Assembly: GCA_009914755.4 (NCBI GenBank) | Contig: CP086569.2 | Location: forward strand, 1,824,001-1,888,000 | Reading direction: 5' to 3' | Length of the DNA stretch: 64,000 nt | Source: the human T2T-CHM13v2.0 reference genome, Homo sapiens | Part shown: one piece after another, positions 50,977-64,000 of the stretch | How positions within the stretch are numbered: position 1 is the first letter of the stretch | Layout of the letters: each line of letters begins with the position of its first letter | Notes under the pieces: generated by a model | What the model was told of the DNA's origin: nothing | The model's input: only the letters and a program-made list of their open reading frames with translations | The model's database searches: none | Program-made: the position numbers and the translations under genes

Positions 50977-51287
50977 ATCACAGCTATGCCGATGCCATCA
51001 TCACCGGCTTAGCCCTTTCTGAAAACACAGTCATCATCTACCCCCATTGGAATCACGATGCAAAAAACCTGTCCCAAAGCGGTGGTTTCCTATGTGATTC
51101 TTGCATCCAGGACAAATGACAGTCAGCAGAGAGGCGCCCTGTTCCATCTTTTGGTTTGATCCAGTTAAAGGCACACACGTGAGCACCCAACGTTTGCCAA
51201 CTCAGCACTGGGCAGAGCCTGGCCTCTGAGGAAATTGGCATCTTCGTAATCAATATATTATTATGTTTTATTGAAATGTAAGTCATT

Positions 51288-51572
51288 GCCGATTCAGTGG
51301 CTCATGCCTGTAATCCCAACATTTTGGGAGGCCAAAGAGAGGGGATTGCTTGAGTCCAGGAGTTTGAGACAAGCCTGGGCAACACAGTGAGACCTCATGT
51401 CTATTAAAAAACAATTAGATGTGGTGGCATGTACCTGAAGTCCAACCTACTATGGAGGCTGAGGTGGGAGGATCCCTCGAGCCCAGGAGGTAGAGGCTGC
51501 GGTAAGCTGGGATTGCACCACTGCATTCCAGCTTGGGCAACAGAGGGAGACCCTATCTCAAAAAAATAAAAA
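51288..51572 (+). mobile_element. Alu SINE (older, AluJ-like), sense; TSD gaaat(g/a)taagtca
   Basis: gccgattcagtggctcatgcctgtaatcccaacattttgggaggccaaagagaggggattgcttgagtccaggagtttgagacaagcctgggcaac...gagaccctatctcaaaaaaataaaaag. Confidence 0.9.
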
Positions 51573-51611
51573 GGAAATATAAGTCACATAACATAAAATG
51601 AACCATTTTAG

Positions 51612-52265
<654 letters not shown>

Positions 52266-52270
52266 AATGA

Positions 52271-52989
<719 letters not shown>

Positions 52990-53080
52990 TAAAAAATGAA
53001 ATCATCCTTACTATCACCCTAAGAAAATTTAATAATATCCTAATATCCACATCATGCAAATTATAATAAAGGAATATGTG

Positions 53081-53562
<482 letters not shown>

Positions 53563-54400
53563 CAACATGCATTGGTACATCTCAACTTTTGGGCTTACCT
53601 CTACCCTGGAAATAACGAGGCAGTAATATGCGTCGTGCCTCTATGTGTTGAATCCACAAGATGATATGATCATCATCTACCCCATTAGACGACTGGGTGG
53701 CCGACGGCAATCACAGGCCGCCCTGGCCTGGTGTCCTGGTAACTCGAACACCATGAGTCCTCTCCTGTCCTCTGATTTCCCCAAATGGTGATGAAACGCA
53801 GCCAGTCCAATCGTCTCTCTGTTAACGCAGTGTTTTTTTTTTTTGACTGGAAAATCAATCCTTTGTATTTATGTGTAAGCCGAGTTAAGTGCTACGCTCA
53901 GGTGAATCGTAAACAGGTTTTTTGTCTTTGTGGCCATCTGGGTCCCACACTCATGAGTCATGTGGGTCAGGGGTGTGTTCTCTGCTAGGTAGCATTGCCC
54001 TGTACTCTGCGACGAGTCGAAATCCCAGGCTTCCCCCAACCAAATGCCAGTGGAGGCACTTGATTCTTTTGCCCACCCAGCAACCCACCCACCCCCAACT
54101 TCCCATATGCTCTGCAGAGAACAGCCAGCCCCCCTCACCACATATCGAGAAAAAACACCAGATCATCAGGACAATTTCATGGAACCAAACCTCCCACTGC
54201 AGCCAAACTCACATAGAAAACATCCTTTGCAGCCTGAAAACCCTTTTAGGACCTTTCTGTCACTGAGTCTTATAAACCTATAAAGATTCATTGAACAGAA
54301 CCAGAGACTCAGGCTCCCGGAAAAGCTTGACAAAGTCACGCAGTGCATTAGTCCATTCTTGCATTGCTATAAAGAAATATCCGAGGCTAGGTAATTTATT

Positions 54401-54696
<296 letters not shown>

Positions 54697-54708
54697 CAAG
54701 TCTTATAA

Positions 54709-55077
<369 letters not shown>

Positions 55078-55277
55078 TGAGGCTAATTTATAAAGAAGAG
55101 AGGTTTCATTGGCTTGGCTGATAGTTCTGCAGGCTATACACGAAGCATGGTGCCAGCATGTGCTCAGCCTCTGGTGAGGTATGAGGAAGCTTACAGTCAT
55201 GGCGGAAGGCAACGTGGGAGAAGGCATGTCACGTGGTGAGTGTGGGAGCTGGATATGGGGGAGAGGTGCTACACACT

Positions 55278-55841
55278 TTATTTTATTTTTATGTATTTAT
55301 GAGACGGAGTCTCACTCTGTTGCCCAGGCTTGAATGCAGTGGAGCAATCTTGGCTCACTCCCGGATTCAAGCGATTCTCCTGCCTCAGCCTCCCAAGTAG
55401 CTGGGATTACAGGCACCAGCCACCACGCCTGGCTAATTTTTGTATTTTTGGTAGAGACGGTGTTTCACCATGTTGGCCAGGCTGGTCTCGAACTTCTGAC
55501 CTCAGGTGATCCACCTGCCTCGGCCTCCCAAAGTGCTGGGATTACAGGCACCTGCCACCATGCCCAGCTGATTTTTGTATTTTTAGTAGAGACCGGGTTT
55601 CACCATGTTGGCCAGGCTGGTCTCGAACTTCTGACCTCAGGTGATCCACCTGCCTCGGCCTCCCAAAGTGCTGGGATTACAGGCACCTGCCACCATGCCC
55701 AGCTGATTTTTGTATTTTTAGTAGAGACCGGGTTTCACCATGTTGGCCAGGCTGGTCTCAAACTTCTGACCTCAGGTGATCCGCCTGCCTCGGCCTCCCA
55801 AAGTGCTGGGATTACAGGCGTAAGCCACCGTGCTCCCAGCC
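55278..55841 (-). mobile_element. Alu SINE, antisense, with its left monomer present as three tandem copies of about 135 bp (ends about 55568, 55702, 55841)
   Basis: ttattttatttttatgtatttatgagacggagtctcactctgttgcccaggcttgaatgcagtggagcaatcttggctcactcccggattcaagcgattctcc...(gatttttgtatttttagtagagaccgggtttcaccatgttggccaggctggtctcgaacttctgacctcaggtgatccacctgcctcggcctcccaaagtgctgggattacaggcacctgccaccatgcccagct) x3. This produces the 170-aa ORF 55334..55846. Confidence 0.9.
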
Positions 55842-55902
55842 TTTAAACAACCAGATCCCGAGAGAACTGACTCACTACCGCAAGATCAGCACCAAACCAT
55901 GA

Positions 55903-56410
<508 letters not shown>

Positions 56411-56713
56411 TTTTATTATTATTATTATTTTGAGATGGAGTCTTGTTCTGTCACCCAGGCTGGAGTGCAGTGGTGCGACCTCGGTTTACTACAACCTCCG
56501 CCTCCCAGGTTAAAGCAATTCTCCTGCCTCAGCCCCCTGAGTAGCTGGGATTACAGGCGTGTGCCACCACACCTGGCTAATTTTTATATTTTTACTAGAG
56601 ACGAGGTTTCACCATGTCGCTCAGGCTGGTCTCGAACTCCCGACCTCAGGTGATCCGCCTGCCTCGGCCTCCTAAAGTGCTGGGATGACAGGTGTAAGCT
56701 ACCGCGCCCGGCC
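56411..56713 (-). mobile_element. Alu SINE, antisense, (ATT)n tail, directly adjacent to the previous Alu
   Basis: ttttattattattattattttgagatggagtcttgttctgtcacccaggctggagtgcagtggtgcgacctcggtttactacaacc...ggtgtaagctaccgcgcccggcc. Confidence 0.95.
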
Positions 56714-56901
56714 CTCTGTCTGCTTTTATCCTAGCTGTGCTGGCAGCTGATCAAATGATGCCTGTCCAGATGGAGGGTGGGTCTGTCTAGCCCTGTCCAC
56801 TGACTCAAATGTTAATCTCCTTTATCAACAACCTCCCAGGAACACCTATGATCAATACTTTGCTTCAATTCAGTCAGGTTGACACTCAATAGTAACCATC
56901 A

Positions 56902-57511
<610 letters not shown>

Positions 57512-57589
57512 TTAAAGGGAACCAGTGGAAAGGGAAATAGATGAAAGAACAATCAGGAAGAGAAACTGAACAAATGGAACAAAAACATC

Positions 57590-57979
<390 letters not shown>

Positions 57980-58207
57980 CTATTGTGCTATGTCTTATTT
58001 ATTCTTTCCAATTTTTGTACCTATTAACCATCCCCACCTCCCCCACTCCAACCCCCTTTGTAACCGCAAGGATAAATGCTTGAGGAGATGGACACCCTAT
58101 TCTCCATGATGTGCTTTTTACACATTGCATGCCTGTATCAAAACATCTCATGTAAGCTACAAATATATACACACCTACTATGGACCCACAACAATTTTTT
58201 AAAATAA

Positions 58208-58476
<269 letters not shown>

Positions 58477-58562
58477 AAAATTTTTTTTTAATTGCATACG
58501 ATGAAATACTTGCAAACACACCCACACCCACATACAACTAAAAGAGAAAATCTGAAAAGGCG

Positions 58563-58880
<318 letters not shown>

Positions 58881-59039
58881 TCAGATTGTATCAATGTCTG
58901 TATCTGGTTGAGCGATTTACTGGAGTTTTGCAAGATGTTCTAATTGCAGGAAGGTTGGTAAAGGTACATGGGATGACTCTGTACTACCTCTTACAACTGC
59001 ATGTGAATTTACACATCTTTGCATACAATTTATGTGTTA

Positions 59040-59875
59040 GTTCAGGCTGCTGGGATAAAACACCATAGAGTCGGAAGCTTAAACTGTTAACATTCCTGTA
59101 TCCCACTTCTGGAGGCTGGAGGTCTGAGACAAGGGTGCCAGTATGGTTGGTTCCTGGTGAGAACTCTCTTCTTGGCCTCCTTTTTCTTTGTTTTTAATTT
59201 TTTTTTTATTATACTTTAAGTTCTGGGGTACATGTGCAGAACGTGCAGGTTTGTTACGTAGGTATACACGTGCCATGGTGGTTTGCTGCACCCATCAACC
59301 TGTCATCTACATTAGGTATTTCTCCTAATGCTCTCCCTCCCCTATCCCCCCACCCCCCGACAGGCCCTGGTGTGTGATGTTCCCCTCCTTGTGTCCATGT
59401 GTTCTCATTGTTCAACTTCCACTGATGAGTGAGAACATGCCGTGTTTGGTTTTCTGTTCTTGTGTTAGTTTGCTGAGAATGATGGTTTCCAGCTTCATCC
59501 CTGTCCCTGCAAAGGACATGAACTCATTCTTTTTTCTGGCTGCATAGTATTCCATAGTGCATATGTGCCACATTTTCTTTATCCAGTCTATCATTGATGG
59601 GCATTTGGGTTGGTCCCAAGTCTTTGCTATTGTGAACAGTTGGCTGCCTTTTTCCTGTGTGCTCACAAGGCAGTGGGACAGTGAGCTCACTCTGAGCTCA
59701 TCATCCTTTTATAAGGGCAGGAATCTCATGCATGAGGCTCCATCCCTCATTAGGCTCCACCCTCATGACACCATCACCTCCCAAAGCCTCCACTTCCTAA
59801 CGCCATCCCCTTGGGGGGGTGACAATTTCTACAAAAGAATTTGGAAGGACACCAATGTTCGGTCGATAGCATAGT
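59040..59875 (+). mobile_element. MER/MLT-like ancient repeat (same family as 3729-4110 and 5290-6238), split into 59040-59187 and 59641-59875 by an L1 insertion
   Basis: ...cacttctggaggctggaggtctgagacaagggtgccagtatggttggttcctggtgagaactctcttcttggcctcc | L1 | ggctgcctttttcctgtgtgctcacaaggcagtgggacagtgagctcactctgagctcatcatccttttataagggcaggaatctcatgcatgaggctccatccctcattaggctccaccctcatgacaccatcacctcccaaagcctccacttcctaac. Confidence 0.6.
59188..59640 (-). mobile_element. L1 (L1PA-like) 5'-truncated 3' end, antisense; TSD ggc(c/t)(t/g)cctttttc
   Basis: Poly-T then tatactttaagttctggggtacatgtgcagaacgtgcaggtttgttacgtaggtatacacgtgccatggtggtttgctgcacccatcaacc...ccacattttctttatccagtctatcattgatgggcatttgggttggtcccaagtctttgctattgtgaacagt. 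The flanks ggcctcctttttc and ggctgcctttttcc match. Confidence 0.9.
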
Positions 59876-60005
59876 CAATAAAAATAGGAGATGATATAAA
59901 AAGATGTTAATATCTAATTGTCAGTGGATTTGTGAACTATCTGATGGTAAATATCAGATAAAAGATAGTTAAGGATAGAACATCAAAGAACCAAAGCTAA
60001 ATCTA

Positions 60006-60155
<150 letters not shown>

Positions 60156-60401
60156 TAATAATAATAAAATAACAAACTAATAAAAGAAGCATTACACCAA
60201 GAAGACAGTATAATCATGAACCTGTAGGTCTCTAGTACTGCAGCCCTAAAATATCTAAAGCAGAGAGTGACAGAGATTTCCAGAACTCTCTCTACAAAAG
60301 ACAGGATAAATACATTACATTTCATAACATGATTAAAATTTCAATTTATAGAAATTTCAATTTATAGAAACATAAGTCTATAAAACCATAAGTCTGTAAA
60401 A

Positions 60402-60656
60402 CCAGGAGATCGTGACCATCCTGGCTAACACGGTGAAACCCCATCTCTACTAAAAATACAAAAAAATTAGCCGGGCATGGTGGCAGGTGCCTGTAGTCCC
60501 CACTACTCGGGAGGGTGAGGCAGGAGAATGGCATGAACCCAGAGGCGGAGCTTGCAGTGAGCTGATATCGTGCCACTGCTCTCCAGCTTTAGGGAGAGAG
60601 CAAGGCTCTGTCTCAAAAAAAATAAATAAATAAAAAATAAAAAGGCAAAAAAAAAA
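60402..60656 (+). mobile_element. 5'-truncated Alu, sense, preceded by two short local tandem duplications (60342-60402)
   Basis: accaggagatcgtgaccatcctggctaacacggtgaaaccccatctc...gcaaggctctgtctcaaaaaaaataaataaataaaaaataaaaaggc(a)n. Upstream: atttcaatttatagaaatttcaatttatagaaa and cataagtctataaaaccataagtctgtaaaacc. Confidence 0.85.
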
Positions 60657-61876
60657 TCACTAATTTTAATTCTACACCTTTGGAAATATTAAAATACCCT
60701 CTTCATCCATTGGTCAAATCAGGCAAAATGAAAACAACGACTTCATTCTAAGTCTATGAAATGCAGCCCCAGGGGTCAGGAAAAAAATGAGTTCACAATA
60801 CATTTGTTACGATTAGAAGGAAGAAAACAAACAAACAAAAAAAGATGGCATGTATCGAGGCAAGAAAATAGACAACATATTCCAGAATGAAGGCAAAGAA
60901 TTATAAGAGGATAAAACAGCAGTAACTAAAAATGATAAGTAAGCGATAAACACAATGATGAGTAAAATGTCTACTCCTGAATCCGAGACGGTGCTTCACA
61001 AAGACAGCTTCAGAGGCCACAATTCCAAAGCTTTTTTCTACGTACAGATATTCTCCCCGATGCCTGGGTTAATGGCGCCCGAACTGCAGAAAACATAACC
61101 TCAACCGAGTTTTCTGCTTCAATGACAAATGACACCAGAGCCCCACCACCAAACCATGGCTGGCATCTATTTAGTTCTGAGCACTGCTCTGACAGAATGC
61201 ATCAGTCTTGCTTTGCTCTCAGCAAAACTGGGTGCAGAGGGGACGGCTGTTAGCCTGGTCGTTGCTAATGAGGAGATGAGGAGTTGGAAAGATAGAGACG
61301 CAATGGCTTAACTACGGCACCTGATGCAAGACTTGCTACCTCCCCAGTTCCAGCCCAAATGGAGAAATGGGTATGATGCACCTTCTGTGATCTGGGGATC
61401 AGTTCTGATGTCTGCGGTCCAGCCCCCCAACCTGTCCTGCCTTTGAAAATGTGGTGTGTCCCTTCTATGACAGTTTCTCCTAACAGCCAAGATGAGAGAT
61501 ACCACATGTTCATGACAAAGACACTCTCAAAATCAAGGTGGCGTCCAGACACACATCTAGACTGTGATGTGTTCCCCACACACCAGCCTTTGTTGACTGC
61601 ACACATTCCCGCTAAAAGACACACACCAGCCTTTGCTGACTGCACATGTTCCTGCTAAAAGTCCCACACCAGTCTTTGTTGACGCACACATTCCTGCTAA
61701 AAGTCCCTGTGACTACATGAGACAATACTGCCAGTTTCCAGGCTGTTAGGACCTGCTATCTTTGGGGACTTCCTCTGTTGACTACAGCCTCCAGCTCCTT
61801 TAGGACACAAGCCCTGTTCTTCCGACTTCGAGTCCCAGTATTTGGGTATAACACTTAACACTTATTTACTGAAAAC

Positions 61877-61975
61877 ATGACTACATGGATGAATGGATGG
61901 ATGGATGAATGGATGGATGGATGGATGGATGGACAGATGCATGGATGGATGGATAGATGAATGAATGAATGAGAT
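61877..61975. repeat. (GGAT)n/(GAAT)n microsatellite
   Basis: ggatgaatggatggatggatgaatggatggatggatggatggatggacagatgcatggatggatggatagatgaatgaatgaatg. Confidence 0.9.
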
Positions 61976-62452
61976 GGTCCCATCCATTGCTGGACCTGAA
62001 TAAAACCTATTCATGGCTACTGGAAGGGCATAAAAGAGTAGCTTCACTGGGACATCCATGCACTCTAGGTCCAAGTATTGAATCAAGGTTTGCCAAAGAA
62101 AAGAAACTCATTCCTCCTGGTTCGTACAGAGCTCTAATGGCACACATGCTACTCACCCAACAATCCACGCGGTTTCCCCTGCTGGGAAGTGTCTCCAGGA
62201 AATTGCACAGTGTCCAGGAAATGGCACAATCAGGTATCAAGGAACACAGGCGAACTTCTCCAGAATTATGCTCTTGGTTTCCCTGGGAGGAACGGTCACA
62301 TAAGGGTTACCATGAAACACAGAGGAATAGTGTGAGGCTGGAGTCGTACAACATTCGGATCGCTCTCACAGCTCATCTGTCAGCCTGGGGAATGCGGTGT
62401 CTGTCATTTTCCAGAGTGCTTGTTCAGTCAGCGGTATCAATTGTCAGCTTTA

Positions 62453-62855
<403 letters not shown>

Positions 62856-63218
62856 AGCAGCTGGCACTTCTTGCAAGAGCTTCAAGCTGCAAAAGGCTCT
62901 TGGATGATGTGCAACTGTACAGAGGTGGAGATATTTTTAGAACTGAAGATTTGGTGCATAGTCCTGGCTGTTTGGAAACACTTTTCAGATGAACGCATGC
63001 TGCGATCCTGGTTTAATGGAGGAAGTCACTCCCATTCAGAAACACATCTGTCTGGGCTCCACGGCTTAGCAGAACCTCTGGGAAGTACAAGGTGTTTGAA
63101 ATGATCCTGTATGAAAGACGCCAGAGGTGTAGATGCTGAGGGCTGGAAACTGCAGTTGACATTTGCCTGGCTCAGGGAATCTCAAACTTGGCTGAACAAC
63201 AACAAAAAAACATGACCT

Positions 63219-63515
63219 GGTGCCGGGCGCAGTGGCTCATGCCTGTCATCCCAGCATTTTGGGAGGCCAAGGCAGGTGGATCGCTTTGAGCTCAGGAGTT
63301 CAAGACCAGCCTGGGCAACATGGCAAAACCGTGTCTCTATTAAAAAAATACAGATGGTCAGACGTGGTGGTGCACGCCTCTGGTCCCAGCTACTTGAGAG
63401 GCTGAGGCAGGAGAGTTGCTTGAGCCTAGACGGTCGAGGCTGCAGTGAGCAGAGATTGCATCACTGCACTACAGCCTGGGTAACATAGTGAGACCCTGTT
63501 GAAAGAAAAAAAAAA
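63219..63515 (+). mobile_element. Alu SINE, sense
   Basis: ggtgccgggcgcagtggctcatgcctgtcatcccagcattttgggaggccaaggcaggtggatcgctttgagctcaggagttcaagaccagcctgggcaac...catagtgagaccctgttgaaagaaaaaaaaaa. Confidence 0.9.
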
Positions 63516-64000
63516 TGGAAGAAAGAAAAAAAGGAAAGAAGAAACAGAGAAAGAAGAGAGAAGGAGAGAGAGAGAGAGAGAGAGAGAAAGAAAGAAAGGA
63601 AGGAAGGAAGGAGAGAGAGAGAGAAAGGGAGGGAGGAGGGAAGGAAGGGAGGGAGGGAGGGATAACAGAAGGAAATAAGGAAGGGAAGGAGGGAGAGATG
63701 AAGGAAGGAAGGGAGGGAGGGAGGGAGATAAAGGAAGGAAAGGAAAGAAGGGAAGGGAAGGAAAGAAGCAAGGAAGGGAAGGAGGAAGTAAGGAAAGGAA
63801 AGGAAGAAGGAAGGGAAGGAGGAAGGAAGGGAAGGGAAGGAGGAAGGAAGGGAAGGAGGAAGGAAAGGAAAGGAAGAAGGAAGGGAAGAAGGAAGGAAGG
63901 GAAGGGAAGGAGGAAGGAAGGGAAGGAGGAAGGAAGGAAGGAGGAAGGAAGGAAGGAGGGAGGAAGGAAGGAGGGAGGAAGGGAAGGAGGAAGGAAGGGA
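63516..64000. repeat. polypurine (GAAG/GGAA/GAGA)n tract of at least 485 bp extending to the window edge; it follows the Alu 3' end and is probably its expanded tail
   Basis: ggaagaaagaaaaaaaggaaagaagaaacagagaaagaagagagaaggagagagagagagagagagagagaaagaaagaaaggaaggaaggaaggagagag...ggaaggaagggaaggagg. No pyrimidine occurs for several hundred bp on the plus strand. Confidence 0.9.

Noticed and set aside
55334-55846. 170-aa ORF with an internal threefold repeat ([44 protein letters not shown])
   Set aside because: It is the antisense translation of three tandem Alu left monomers. The many 60-130 aa ORFs containing [29 protein letters not shown] or [25 protein letters not shown] are likewise antisense or sense Alu read-throughs.

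Overview
This window reads as primate (human-type) nuclear DNA dominated by interspersed repeats, not as a prokaryotic locus. I find no CRISPR array, rRNA or tRNA, no operon-like gene set, and no protein-coding gene I can support. Almost every longer ORF in the six-frame track lies inside an Alu, an L1 or a simple repeat, and I treat those as translation artefacts. I count about 57 Alu SINEs or Alu fragments (close to 0.9 per kb), many bounded by clear target-site duplications (TSDs). There are at least 9 L1 segments, one with a 5' inversion typical of twin priming. MaLR LTR copies (THE1/MST-like) are present, as is an LTR7-like (HERV-H family) LTR and a 473-bp solo LTR-like element inserted into an Alu. 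Four copies of a short MITE-like element with approximate terminal inverted repeats (TIRs) sit next to unusually long TATC/CCAT-type microsatellites. Local tandem and segmental duplications are frequent. The most unusual structure is a homogeneous 41-bp tandem array at 35971-38145 (about 53 units, one KpnI site per unit). It has no stop codon in any plus-strand frame, which is why the track shows 726, 606 and 350 aa periodic ORFs there; I regard these as a by-product of the repeat rather than a gene. The array directly abuts the LTR7-like LTR. Other notable repeats are a 44-bp minisatellite, a 124-bp x3 tandem repeat, two arrays of tandemly multiplied Alu left monomers, a 1.3-kb CA/CATG-rich low-complexity block, and a polypurine tract of at least 485 bp at the window end. 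Coordinates are from manual reading and may be off by a few bases. Family names rest on my recall of consensus sequences, not on a database search.
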